A stretch of DNA of 64,000 nt from Ostreococcus lucimarinus (lineage: Eukaryota), in the NCBI GenBank assembly GCA_000092065.1, contig CP000589.1; one strand, written 5' to 3'. Of the stretch, positions 19,163 to 28,885 are shown one piece after another. Numbering within the stretch: the first letter of the stretch is position 1; every line of letters starts with the position of its first letter. Made by a program: the position numbers and the translations under genes. Under the pieces are notes generated by a model. It was given only the letters and a program-made list of their open reading frames with translations. It had not been told where the DNA came from and did not search any database.

Positions 19163-21364
19163 TCAAGCGCCCGCGGGACGAGCTGACGAGCAACGGAAAC
19201 ACGTCTGGCGCGAACTGAAGCAATGCGCGGAACAGCTCCCACAGATCCAATCCCCACTTCTGAAGTTTTCCGTCTGCGGACCGCCGTCGCGAGAACCTTC
19301 GGACTGCGGCGGAGCTTCGTTGCCCGTCTTCGCGTTGCTGCACTTGAAACAATGATCACGCGACTGAAAATTGTGCGCGGAACAGCTCCCACAGATCCAA
19401 TCCCCAGCACGAAACACGCCAGCTCCCGGACCACCCGCTTCCGAGCTCGCCTTGGACGTCCCGCCCGGCGGCGAAAAGCTCCCTTCCGCGCCTTCGTCTT
19501 TGCCTCTTTTACATCGAAAGCACGAATTTCGGCTCGCGAAGCAATGCGCGTTGCATCGAGCACACGTCCAATCGCCCGGTCGCCGCGCTCCTTGCGGCGC
19601 AGGCACCTCTGAAGACGTCGCCGCCGGAAAATTCTCCTGCGCCGGCGCGCCACCGGCGACGCGTAACCCCAACCACGCAAACGTCAGCGTTAGGTACGGC
19701 GTCCCCGACGGCGCGTTCACGTTGGCGATGGGATCAAGGTGCAAAGCCAATGGAGCGATACGCAACAACCCACTCGCGGCATCGACGCCGCGCTCGCGCA
19801 CCGAACCGACCACGACGCAACTCCCAGTGTTGCTGTGACCCATGGCGCCTACGACGGCTTGATTCACCGGCGCACACACCAAACGCACGTTCGCTCCTTG
19901 GTTCGAAACGACGACCGGCGTGCTTTCGATATCAGCCAACAGGTGCGTGTCCTGCACGATCTCCAACCGAGCCCCTTTGCTCAATCGCGCGCCGAGCTCA
20001 GCCGCGAGACTTGTGCCGTACGGATTCGCCACGCGATCCAACATTGACAAAAACCGCGCCGACCCGACGTTGGCGAGCGTCGATTGCATCATGTTCACCA
20101 GAGGCGCCAAACGCTGCGACCAAGCCGCGGCGTTTTGAGGACGCACGGCGTGTCCACCCGTCAGACTCGTGCATAAAATTCCCGAACCCTCCGCCCCAGA
20201 CGTGAGTTGTTGAAACACGCTGAGTAGTTGCTCGGGCGTCTCCACTTGCATCGATGCCACACCGCCGCCACCGTGCGGCGTCGGGTGCGAAGACACACCT
20301 GCAGCCGCACGCTGCGCGAAGGACCCGCCCGGCGGCGTCGGCGGCGGAACAGCCGCCACGGGCGTGACGGTGGGACCCACCGCCGCTGGTGCCGCCGCTG
20401 AGTGCGCCTTCATCGCCCCGATCGCGCTCGCGTACGAAGGCGGCGCCGCAGCCGCCGCAGGCGCCATAGCCGCTCGCTGCGGTGGCGGCGTGCTCGGCAT
20501 CGGAGGCGCCACCGGCGCCGCGGGCGCCGCCGCGCCGACGCTCGCCGAAGCCGGCGCCGCGCCGAACGCCGCCGTCCCGCTCGAAGCCGCGCCGGACCCG
20601 AAGCCACCACCCCCAGTGGAAAACGACGACACGCTTTCAAACCCACCGAACCCACCACCCAAGCCGAGCCCTAACCCGAGGTTCAACCCGAGCCCCGGCC
20701 CGAGGCCCCCGCCCAAGCCGCCGCCGTCGCCCGCGCCGCTCATCCCCGTCAGCGCGATTTGCGGATTCGGAAACGGATGCGCCTCCTCGCTCAACTGCAC
20801 GCTCACGCATCGCAGCTCCGGCAGCAGCGTCCGCTGTCCCGCGAGGGACTCAGACAACCACGCCGCGAACCCCGCGGCGTCCGTCCCCGCGAACCGCCCC
20901 AGCGTAATCAGTTGCTGATCGGGCCGCTGACTCGCGTAATACGTATCCGCCCCCGGCAACGCCGCGCTCAGCGCCTGCGCGATCCTCAACGACGCGGGAC
21001 AATCGATCCCGACCAACACGCACCCATTCTGCATCACTTTACACTTCGGCAACACTCGCCCGGACGCCGGTCCGTGCGCGCTCGCCACGCGCCGCAGCGC
21101 CTCCGTCACGCCTTCGCCTCCCAAGCCCGTGCCTTCGAGCCCAGACACGAGCGCCACGTGCGGCGGCGCGCATCCCATCCCTATCATCGAGTCCGCGGTC
21201 CCGCGCGTCGTCAGTCGTCCGAGATCGCGCGCGCGCGTTCGATTCTTTCGCCAATTCTCAAAACTCGCGATCGCATCATCGATCGCATCATCGCGCTTCT
21301 CGCGCTTCTCCCGTCGTCTCGCGCGTCCTTCGTCGCGCGAGCGCCGCGCGAGACGCGCACGCAC
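19163..21364 (-). CDS. RanBP2-type zinc-finger protein with Gly/Ala/Pro-rich FG-containing low-complexity region
   Basis: Three C-terminal RanBP2 ZnF units (GDWTCARCNAHCFASRNSCFRC, GDWICGSCSAHNFQSRDHCFKC, GDWICGSCSAHCFSSRQTCFRC). The central region (GLGGGLGPGLGLNLGLG...GGFGGF...GGFGSG) is low complexity. The N-terminal domain is unassigned and the start is uncertain. Confidence 0.6.
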   Translation of the reverse strand: MRARLARRSRDEGRARRREKREKRDDAIDDAIASFENWRKNRTRARDLGRLTTRGTADSMIGMGCAPPHVALVSGLEGTGLGGEGVTEALRRVASAHGPASGRVLPKCKVMQNGCVLVGIDCPASLRIAQALSAALPGADTYYASQRPDQQLITLGRFAGTDAAGFAAWLSESLAGQRTLLPELRCVSVQLSEEAHPFPNPQIALTGMSGAGDGGGLGGGLGPGLGLNLGLGLGLGGGFGGFESVSSFSTGGGGFGSGAASSGTAAFGAAPASASVGAAAPAAPVAPPMPSTPPPQRAAMAPAAAAAPPSYASAIGAMKAHSAAAPAAVGPTVTPVAAVPPPTPPGGSFAQRAAAGVSSHPTPHGGGGVASMQVETPEQLLSVFQQLTSGAEGSGILCTSLTGGHAVRPQNAAAWSQRLAPLVNMMQSTLANVGSARFLSMLDRVANPYGTSLAAELGARLSKGARLEIVQDTHLLADIESTPVVVSNQGANVRLVCAPVNQAVVGAMGHSNTGSCVVVGSVRERGVDAASGLLRIAPLALHLDPIANVNAPSGTPYLTLTFAWLGLRVAGGAPAQENFPAATSSEVPAPQGARRPGDWTCARCNAHCFASRNSCFRCKRGKDEGAEGSFSPPGGTSKASSEAGGPGAGVFRAGDWICGSCSAHNFQSRDHCFKCSNAKTGNEAPPQSEGSRDGGPQTENFRSGDWICGSCSAHCFSSRQTCFRCSSARPAGA

Positions 21365-21595
21365 CCGCTCGCGGTTCGCTCTGCGCGATGAACTGCCCCT
21401 CGAACGCGCTGCCGCGGTGCCACTGCAGCGCCTGCGCGAGATGCGACACCGCGTGTTCGCTCACGTCGTCGAAGCGCAGGCGCGCGTACGCGTGCGCGCC
21501 GAGCGCGTCGCTCGACATCGCGCGTCGCGCGTCCTCGCGGCGCGGTGCTCGCGCGTTCGCGCGTCGCGCTGTGCGGCGTCGGCACTCTCGCGCGC

Positions 21596-24500
21596 ATGGC
21601 GACGTTCGACGCGCGCAAGGCGCTCGAGCGCGACGCCGTCGTGCTCGGCGACGCCGAGGCGAGCGCGAGGGATCGCAGTCGCGCCGGACGCGTGGACGCG
21701 CGGTGCGAGGCGATCGTGCGCGAGGTGTTCGCGTCGGATGATTTCTTCACGACGAGCTCGTGCTCGGGACGCGTGAGCGTGTTCGCGGAGCGCGGACGCG
21801 GGAAGCGCGAGGGCAAGGGCGAGGGCGGGACGTGGGCGTACGTGTCGCACGAACCGGCGCTGGGCGAGGCGGTGGCGGCGGCGGTGCGCGCGCACGCGGG
21901 GGAGGGGGAGGAGGGCGACGGCGACGGCGAAGGCGGCGGCTGGGCGAAACCGACGCTGACGCTGCGGTTTGAACCGTTCATATTAGCGGTCGAGGCGCGG
22001 GATTTAGACGCGGGAGAGGCGTTCGTGCGGTGCGCGCGAGAGTGTGGGTACAGGGAGAGCGGGATCACGGCGAGTGAGAAACGGGTGATTTGCGCGGCGC
22101 GATGTCAGCTTCGGTTGGACGCGCCGGTGGTGGTGGACGGCGAACGCTTGGTGAGCGATGAGGGGTTGGAGACGCTCGTGCGGTTGGCGAACGAGAAGTT
22201 TCAAGTGAACGCCGATCGAATGGAGCGGTTTCGGGAGGCTTTTAACGCGATGTGCGCGAAGAGGGCGGCCGCGAAGGCGGGGCCGAGCGACGAAGGAGGC
22301 GCGCTCAAGTGCGTCGAGGCAAAGAAGCAAGTCGCGAAGGCTGTGAAAGACGCGCTGAAGCGGGGTGGGTGGTTAGATAACGCCCGTAGATCTGCGACGA
22401 AGAAGAACGACGTGGGTGACGTGGAGTGCGTGATTTTACCCATCAAGCGCGGCGCGGAGACGGCGATTTCCTCAACCGTGACTTCGGACGCAAAGCTCGT
22501 GTTGGCGGCGATTGAAGCGGGAGACGTCGTCGTGTGCGACGACAGCGGGCACGTAAACGGTGGTCTTGGTCTGATGTCTGCGAAGAAGACGCAGAATCCA
22601 GTGACGCAAATGAAACAAGAAGTGGCGGCGATGCTTGAGGCCAAAGGCTTAAATGTCAACTTGGCGCAAGAAGCGCCGACGCGCTGGGAAAAGTTGGGTG
22701 ATTTGGTGTTGCTTCCCGCGAACGCGTTTACGGCGAGCGACTTTAGCGCGTTCGGTGCCGAGTTGTACGCCTGTGTGGCGCGAGTTCTCGGCGCATCGCG
22801 CGTTGCGCGCCAAGCGCCGGTGAGCCAAGGGCCAAAGCGCGAATCTCGCGCGGTGATGCTTTACCCCGAAGGTGCCGATGGTTGGGTCGAGACGAAAGAG
22901 CTCGGCGTAACGTATGGATTAGATGTCACGAAAGTTATGTTTAGCAGTGGTAACGGCACGGAGAAAAACCGCATGGGCGCGGTCGGCGCAAACGGCGAAA
23001 CCGTCGTGGACCTGTTCGCTGGCATCGGTTACTACACTTTGCAGTTACTCAAGAACGCGGGCGCGGCCAAGGTGTACGCGTGTGAGTGGAACCCTAATAG
23101 TTGCGAAGCCTTGCGTCATAATCTGCGCGTGAACGGCGTGGAGTCACGGTGTGAAGTGTTAGAGGGCGACAATCGTCGAACCGCGCCGACGGGCGTCGCC
23201 GATCGCGTCTTACTAGGATTGCTCCCGCACGCTGAGATGTCGTGGGAAACCGCGATTAAAGCGCTGAAACCGAAAGGTGGGGTATTACACGTGCACTCAA
23301 ACGTTAACAGTGGCGATGAGGACGAGTGGATGGTGCGTTTGGTGAGCGAGCTGAAGTCACTGGCCGAGACGAACGGTCGCGGCGATTTAGACATCGTCGT
23401 GGAACACCTCGAGCGCGTGAAATGGTACGGTCCGCGCATTCGACACGTCGTGTGTGACGTTCGCTGTACCAGTCGAACGCATAAAGATGACCTCGCCGCG
23501 ACGCGAAATATGGCCCCGAAAAGCGCTGTCTTGGCGAGACAACCTGCGAGGACGTCGGGAACGAATGTGAGACGCGTTCATCGTCCGTTGCCCGCGGACT
23601 TCAAGAACACGATCGCCGCGCAGCGCGTCCCGGCTGTCATCAGTGGACTCGATATCGGCCAAGCGCCGTGGACGTGGACGCCAAGTTATCTGGCTTCCCT
23701 CGACGGCGTTCCAGAGAAGCTTGTGAGCGTTCACGTCAGTCGTGATCCCAAGCTGGACTTCGTGCGCAAAAACTTCAAATACGTCGTGATGCCTTTTGGT
23801 GAACTACTGGCGAAAGTGAACGATGCGAGCGATGACAATTTCTACTATTTGCGAAGCATTGGGGAGAATCCGCGAAAAGAGCCGGCGCACGCGCTTCTAC
23901 AATTCCCATCGTTTGCGCGCGATTTGAAACTTCCGAGCGAGTTTTGGGGATCCGAAGACAACTACTTCAGCGCCGTCGTTCGCGTGAGCAGTGGCGATTT
24001 ACAGCTCTGGACGCATTATGACGCCATGGATAACATGTTGATTCAGCTTCATGGCGAGAAGCGTGTGCTTCTGTTCCCACCGTCCGTGTCAGGCGACTTA
24101 TATCTTGAAGGTTCGTCATCCGTCGTCCGCGACGTGGACGATCACGATCGAGAATCGTTCCCACGATTCGCGCGCGCTCGAAAAGCGGCGTTGGAAGTCA
24201 TCTTACAACCAGGTGACGTATTGTACATCCCCGCGCTTTGGGCGCACCACGTCACCGCCTTGCACGGCCCGTCGATTGCGCTCAACGTATTTTTCCGACA
24301 CCTCCCCACGAGTGGATACCCATCGAAAGATTTGTACGGGAACGCCGACCCAATCGCGGCTGCGAGTGCGCTCAAATCAATAAACTCCGCGATCGAATCC
24401 TTGAAAGAGTTGCCGCTAGATTACCGTGTATTTTACGCTGGCGTCGCAGCGGCGAGACTGGAGAGTGAGCTTGGCGTCGAATCCGCTCGAAGAGCGCTTG

Positions 24501-24631
24501 CAACGGTGAACGACGACACGCCGAAATCGCGCGGGATGAATTCGCGCGCAACAAAAGGTACAGGCGTGGTCGGCACAGTCTTATCTGCTCTTGCATGCCT
24601 GCTCATTACACGCCGCGCTTCGCGGAAGTGA
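21596..24631 (+). CDS. TYW3/TYW2/TYW5: tRNA wybutosine-synthesis fusion protein: TYW3 - TYW2 (Trm12-type methyltransferase) - TYW5 (JmjC hydroxylase)
   Basis: The N-terminal part matches TYW3 (FFTTSSCSGR, FEPFILAVEARDL, GITASEKR). The middle matches TYW2 (VVDLFAGIGYYTL, VYACEWNP, ADRVLLGLLP). The C-terminal part matches TYW5 JmjC (YYLRSIGENPRKE, LQLWTHYDAMDNMLIQLHGEKRVLLFPP, DVLYIPALWAHHV, LKELPLDYRVFYAG). The tail is hydrophobic (GVVGTVLSALACLLITRRASRK). Start at the ATG at 21596. Confidence 0.85.
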   Translation: MATFDARKALERDAVVLGDAEASARDRSRAGRVDARCEAIVREVFASDDFFTTSSCSGRVSVFAERGRGKREGKGEGGTWAYVSHEPALGEAVAAAVRAHAGEGEEGDGDGEGGGWAKPTLTLRFEPFILAVEARDLDAGEAFVRCARECGYRESGITASEKRVICAARCQLRLDAPVVVDGERLVSDEGLETLVRLANEKFQVNADRMERFREAFNAMCAKRAAAKAGPSDEGGALKCVEAKKQVAKAVKDALKRGGWLDNARRSATKKNDVGDVECVILPIKRGAETAISSTVTSDAKLVLAAIEAGDVVVCDDSGHVNGGLGLMSAKKTQNPVTQMKQEVAAMLEAKGLNVNLAQEAPTRWEKLGDLVLLPANAFTASDFSAFGAELYACVARVLGASRVARQAPVSQGPKRESRAVMLYPEGADGWVETKELGVTYGLDVTKVMFSSGNGTEKNRMGAVGANGETVVDLFAGIGYYTLQLLKNAGAAKVYACEWNPNSCEALRHNLRVNGVESRCEVLEGDNRRTAPTGVADRVLLGLLPHAEMSWETAIKALKPKGGVLHVHSNVNSGDEDEWMVRLVSELKSLAETNGRGDLDIVVEHLERVKWYGPRIRHVVCDVRCTSRTHKDDLAATRNMAPKSAVLARQPARTSGTNVRRVHRPLPADFKNTIAAQRVPAVISGLDIGQAPWTWTPSYLASLDGVPEKLVSVHVSRDPKLDFVRKNFKYVVMPFGELLAKVNDASDDNFYYLRSIGENPRKEPAHALLQFPSFARDLKLPSEFWGSEDNYFSAVVRVSSGDLQLWTHYDAMDNMLIQLHGEKRVLLFPPSVSGDLYLEGSSSVVRDVDDHDRESFPRFARARKAALEVILQPGDVLYIPALWAHHVTALHGPSIALNVFFRHLPTSGYPSKDLYGNADPIAAASALKSINSAIESLKELPLDYRVFYAGVAAARLESELGVESARRALATVNDDTPKSRGMNSRATKGTGVVGTVLSALACLLITRRASRK

Positions 24632-24683
24632 GACGCGACTCAGCTCAGCCTAGAATGATGAATAGATCTATATAGCTACCTAT

Positions 24684-25520
24684 CTAGCGCGTACTCGCCT
24701 TCAAAATATCGATAATGTGCTTCAAGAGCACTGGTGTCGTCTCTGGAATTCCACCCATGATCGGGAAATCGCTCAACAACCCTTTACCTCTGTAGTAATT
24801 CTCCACCGGAATCGTCGACTTTTTGTACACCTCCAATCGCGCGCGAACGACTTCCTCCGTGTCGTCCGGTCTTTGGGTGAGCTTAGCGAAGCACTCCTGC
24901 GGTGGATTCAGCGGAGGCATAATAATCGTTTGCTCTCCCGCCTTTTCGCTTCTGATGTCGGCGATATTAAACGACTTCCCGCACTCCCCGCACTCTCTCC
25001 GTCCGCAGCACTTTTCCACCAAAATGTCCTCGCGAAGCGTCAAATTCAACACCTGCGTCACTTCCACCATCGTGCTAAGCGTCTCCGCCTGCGGCACCGT
25101 TCGAGGGAATCCATCTAACAAAAATCCTCGCTCACCCTCCGCCTCGCCGCGCTTGACGCGCTTGTCGAGGATATCCAGCACCAACGCGTCCGGGACGAGT
25201 TCGCCTCGCGCCGCGATGGCTTTCATCTCCTTCCCGAGCGCCGTCTCCCCCTTGATCTCCGCGCGAACGAGATCACCCATGGATATGTGCGGCACGCCCA
25301 TCTGCTTCGCCATTCTCGACGCGTACGTGCCCTTGCCGACGCCGGGAGCGCCCAAGAAGACCCAGTTTAGCTTTTTGCCTTGCTCGAGCACGCCGTCGCA
25401 CGTCGACGCGAGTTCGTCGCGCAGCGCGTCCACGGCAGCGCCCGTGGCGTCGAACGGGGTCGAGGCATACTTTCTAGAGAGCGCACGCGCGGTGACGACG
25501 GAAAGACGCCGCGCGAACAT
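24684..25520 (-). CDS. ADK: adenylate kinase with organellar presequence and Cys-rich LID insertion
   Basis: P-loop GAPGVGKGT, the FLLDGFPRT NMP-binding motif and an ARLEVY C-terminal segment. The LID carries CCGRRECGECGK...QEC. The N-terminus MFARRLSVVTARALSRKYAS is presequence-like. Confidence 0.85.
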   Translation of the reverse strand: MFARRLSVVTARALSRKYASTPFDATGAAVDALRDELASTCDGVLEQGKKLNWVFLGAPGVGKGTYASRMAKQMGVPHISMGDLVRAEIKGETALGKEMKAIAARGELVPDALVLDILDKRVKRGEAEGERGFLLDGFPRTVPQAETLSTMVEVTQVLNLTLREDILVEKCCGRRECGECGKSFNIADIRSEKAGEQTIIMPPLNPPQECFAKLTQRPDDTEEVVRARLEVYKKSTIPVENYYRGKGLLSDFPIMGGIPETTPVLLKHIIDILKASTR

Positions 25521-25772
25521 GATGGGCGCGGGAAAGATTATGGCGACTCGCTCGGCGGCTCGGGGCCACGAAACATCCGGGACGAACGCGCGGGACGCCG
25601 GCCGCGCGCCGGCGTCGGCCGCGCGCCTTGAGTGGACAACTGGGGACGCTGATGTTACAAACGAATAATGAACAATGAATATTGGCGAGGCGCGCGCGAC
25701 GGTTCGCGCGGCTCGAAAGAATGACGAATATTAGCGCCGCGCTCGCGACTGGCGAAAAACGCCGATTCGACG

Positions 25773-26426
25773 TCACCCCTCGGCGCTCGACGCCACGAGC
25801 ACCGAAGCGTCGCCGCCCTGACTTTTACCATCGTCGCTCGCGCTCACGACGTGGCTCATGTACGCGTTCCACGCGACGCCCGCGGCGTTGAGAAACAAAA
25901 TCCTCCCCGCTCGCGGCACGTACGCGAAATTGAACGCGTTCGCGAACGGCCAATAGCACGTGCCGCTGATGAACGTCTCCGCCGCCTTATCCCTAAACCT
26001 ATCGTACGCCGCCGTCATCGTCTCCCCCTCCAGCGCGCTCATGAAGAAGAAAAACCCAGCCGTGTACGTCGGGAACAGCACCGTGTGTCCGACGGCGACT
26101 TTCCTCGCCACCGTCGCCGCGTTCGTCGACGCCCCCATCGCGCGCTCGAGCGCGCGAAACGCCACGTGAAAGAACGGTCCGTGCAGCGCCGCGCCGACGA
26201 CGAAGAATCTCGCCGTGCGTTCGAAATCGTGTTCGAATCCCGCGCGCGCGTCGCGCGCCGTCGCCCGCGGCGCGTCATCTTTCGTCTTCAACCCTCGTCG
26301 CGACGCGGACGCGCGCGGCGCCGTCCCGCGCGCGTCCTCGCCCTCGCGCGCCGCGCGCGCCTGCAGCGCCTGGCACAGGACGTCACCGAGCGACATGACG
26401 CTCGCGGACGTCATCGCGGCGCGAAG
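25773..26426 (-). CDS. MPV17: Mpv17 / PMP22 family membrane protein
   Basis: TSASVMSLGDVLCQ..., FFVVGAALHGPFFHVAFRALE..., VLFPTYTAGFFFFMSALEG and YWPFANAFNFAYVP match the Mpv17/PXMP2 family. Start taken at the ATG at 26426; a missing short N-terminal exon cannot be excluded. Confidence 0.7.
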   Translation of the reverse strand, partial: LRAAMTSASVMSLGDVLCQALQARAAREGEDARGTAPRASASRRGLKTKDDAPRATARDARAGFEHDFERTARFFVVGAALHGPFFHVAFRALERAMGASTNAATVARKVAVGHTVLFPTYTAGFFFFMSALEGETMTAAYDRFRDKAAETFISGTCYWPFANAFNFAYVPRAGRILFLNAAGVAWNAYMSHVVSASDDGKSQGGDASVLVASSAEG

Positions 26427-26495
26427 CATGGCGATCGCGACGCGCCCGCGAGTGGCGACACCGGCGGCACTCCTCGACGGCCGGCGCGCGCGAGC

Positions 26496-27359
26496 ATGCG
26501 CGTCGTCGGCGTCGACGCGCGCGCGACGACGCGCGCGATCGTCTTCGGCGACCGCGCGACGCCGCGACGGCCCGCGCGCCCGCGCGCGCGCGGCGGGGCG
26601 GCGGCGAACGCGCGGACGCGGCGCGCGGTGACGCGGCGACGCGACGCGCGCGCGCGCGCGACGAACGACGAGGACGACGAGGCGGAGGACGACGAGGACG
26701 CGTCGACGACGCCGCGACGCGCGGGCGCGGACGCGAGCGATCCCGCGCGCGCGCGCGCGGAGGGGGACGCGTACGTCCAGGACAAGCTCGAGCGCGAGCT
26801 CAGGCTGCGAGGGAAAATATATCGCGCCGAACGCGAATTGGAAGAGAAAAAGGAAGAGATCGCGGACATGGGGGAGACGAATAAGAACACGATCGACGCG
26901 GAGGCGGATCTGGTGCGCGATCGGGCGTCGCTGGAGATCGGAATGGTGGCGGGTGAGCTGGACGCGGAGCTGGCGGCGCTCGCGGACGAGGCGCAGGCGG
27001 CGAGAGAGCGAAACGCGAGAGTGAAGAAAGAGATCGAAGAATTGGCGGAAGAGTTGCTCGGGAGCGGACAGAGGGTGAATAATGATTCGAAACCCGCGCC
27101 TGGGTCGCTGTCGGAGCTGAAGATGAAGGCGGTGGAGGCGGAGGCGGACGCGGTGGATAAACGCATGCAGGCGACGCTGCAGGACACGCAACGCGCGACG
27201 ACGTACACGATGGTGCTGCTGCTTCTGAGTTTCTTAGGGTTTACCCTCGTCGCCGAGGGCGCGTACGATAAGTTTGCCGCCGTCGCGGGTGCGTTCGCGC
27301 TCGTCGCGTATCAATCGCGCGCCGAGTTGCAGGCGAAGAGCAAAGGCAAGCAGCGGTGA
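26496..27359 (+). CDS. coiled-coil protein with a single C-terminal transmembrane helix (tail-anchored-like)
   Basis: The real-looking part begins near MRVVGVD. It has an acidic stretch, a long E/K/R/L coiled coil, then TYTMVLLLLSFLGFTLVAEGAY near the C-terminus. The part of the ORF upstream of 26496 is antisense to MPV17. Confidence 0.4.
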   Translation: MRVVGVDARATTRAIVFGDRATPRRPARPRARGGAAANARTRRAVTRRRDARARATNDEDDEAEDDEDASTTPRRAGADASDPARARAEGDAYVQDKLERELRLRGKIYRAERELEEKKEEIADMGETNKNTIDAEADLVRDRASLEIGMVAGELDAELAALADEAQAARERNARVKKEIEELAEELLGSGQRVNNDSKPAPGSLSELKMKAVEAEADAVDKRMQATLQDTQRATTYTMVLLLLSFLGFTLVAEGAYDKFAAVAGAFALVAYQSRAELQAKSKGKQR

Positions 27360-27461
27360 CGCGACGTCAACGAAATGATGCGGTGTTGATACACTACTAA
27401 AACTATAGCCGCGGCGCGATTTGTGACGCAAACAACGATGTTCACGCGCCGAAATGTTCTC

Positions 27462-28208
27462 TCACCCGTACGGCGACGAATTCGCCCTGAACTGCATCGC
27501 CGTCGAGAGCTCTGGACACTTTTGACGAAAACCGAGCCGTTCGTACAACCCGACAACCTTGTTTTCCGAATACAACCCCACGTTGCAAATGTCTTCCTCT
27601 AAAATTTTATCCACGATGCGTTCCATCAACCCTTGCCCTATGCCGTGTCGTTGCCACGCCGGCGACACGACGACGTCCCACACCGTCGCGTGAAACGTCC
27701 CGTCGCTCGTCGCTCGCGCGAATCCCACCACCTCCCCCTCCTTCGCGAACCGACTGTCTCGCGTCGTCGTCACCCACAGCGCGAGGTATGAATTATCCAC
27801 CGCCTTTTGCAGCTTATCGCACGCCCTGGAGCTGAATCCGACGGACACGAACAGCGCGTTCAGGCGCTCGAAGTCTCGCGACGGCGCCGCGACGGCGTCG
27901 TCAAAGTCAAACCGCAGTCCCATCTCCGCGAAGTACGCGTCCGGTCTCGACAGCTCCCGGCGGAGCGTTTCGGCTTTTCGCGTCGCGCGCGAGGCGTCGA
28001 GCGCGCCCAGGACGCCGTCGCTATCGTCGGCGCGTCGACGATCGGCTTCGGTCATTCGGTTCGGGGCGTCGGGGACGTTCAGAAACGGGTTCCACTTCGC
28101 CGGGAACGCGCGCGAGGGCGCCGCGCGACGTCGGCGCGCGCGCGCGCGGTGTCGACCGCGCGTCGACGTCGACGCGGGCGATGGAAGACGCGCGACGGGC
28201 GCGGACAT
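27462..28208 (-). CDS. GNAT-family N-acetyltransferase (NSI/plastid-type)
   Basis: Acetyl-CoA-binding motif QRHGIGQGLMERIVDKI and the typical GNAT beta strands (VVGFARATSDGTFHATVWDVVVSPAWQ). The alternative internal start MTEADRRR would give 28055. Confidence 0.72.
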   Translation of the reverse strand: MSAPVARLPSPASTSTRGRHRARARRRRAAPSRAFPAKWNPFLNVPDAPNRMTEADRRRADDSDGVLGALDASRATRKAETLRRELSRPDAYFAEMGLRFDFDDAVAAPSRDFERLNALFVSVGFSSRACDKLQKAVDNSYLALWVTTTRDSRFAKEGEVVGFARATSDGTFHATVWDVVVSPAWQRHGIGQGLMERIVDKILEEDICNVGLYSENKVVGLYERLGFRQKCPELSTAMQFRANSSPYG

Positions 28209-28345
28209 GTCCCGTCTCGTCGAGGCGCGTTTTGACGCGACGCGACGCCGCGATACCGCGCGTGACTACACGTGCTATCTCGACGACGCCGTCGCGGCGT
28301 CGACGATCGTTTAGAGTGCCTAACTATTCGCGCGCTCTCGCGCGA

Positions 28346-28885
28346 TCACGACGCTTTCTTCGACCTCGATCGCGTCGTTCGCGTCCTCGACTTCGCCTCG
28401 GCGTCCGCCGCGGCGTCCCCGCGTTCGCGAAACATCCGCGCCGTCACCTCCGCCTGCGAGATGTCCCGAAACAGCGGAATCGACGACCGCAACCCCTCGT
28501 CTAAATCGAACGTCTCGTTCGCGCGTCTGCCACCGTCCAGGACGTACTCGCTCGGGTCCGGGTCCGTCGCCCCGAACGTCGTCGCCGCGTCGTCCGGCGT
28601 CGACATCAAGTTCAAGCACTCGTACCCGACGAACGCGTACAGGCAGCTCGCGATGAGCCACATCGGCAGCGCGCGCGCGTAGTGCCTCGCCGCCGCGCCC
28701 GACGGCGCGCCGAGCCGCTCGAGCGCCGCTTCGCTCGCGAAGACGCCGACGAGCCAGAGCGCGAACGCGAGCGTCGTGAGCGCCATGCCGGCGAATCCGT
28801 ACGCCTCGCTCGGCGAGACGTCGCGAAGTTCGTCGTCGTCGCGCGCGTCGTCGCGCGGCGCGCGCGCGCGTCGTCCGCGCGGCAT
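28346..28885 (-). CDS. small predicted membrane protein, unknown function
   Basis: Two hydrophobic helices (MALTTLAFALWLVGVFA, LPMWLIASCLYAFVGY) after the ATG at 28885. The long ORF upstream (to 29710) is Arg-rich and antisense to the ECT gene. Confidence 0.3.
   Translation of the reverse strand: MPRGRRARAPRDDARDDDELRDVSPSEAYGFAGMALTTLAFALWLVGVFASEAALERLGAPSGAAARHYARALPMWLIASCLYAFVGYECLNLMSTPDDAATTFGATDPDPSEYVLDGGRRANETFDLDEGLRSSIPLFRDISQAEVTARMFRERGDAAADAEAKSRTRTTRSRSKKAS

Noticed and set aside
19231-19407. 33-nt direct repeat 144 bp apart (tgcgcggaacagctcccacagatccaatcccca) as a possible transposon terminal repeat or MITE.
   Set aside because: It is the coding sequence of two adjacent RanBP2 zinc-finger modules (GDWICGSCSAH...) in the minus-strand gene 19163..21364, so it is an intragenic domain duplication.
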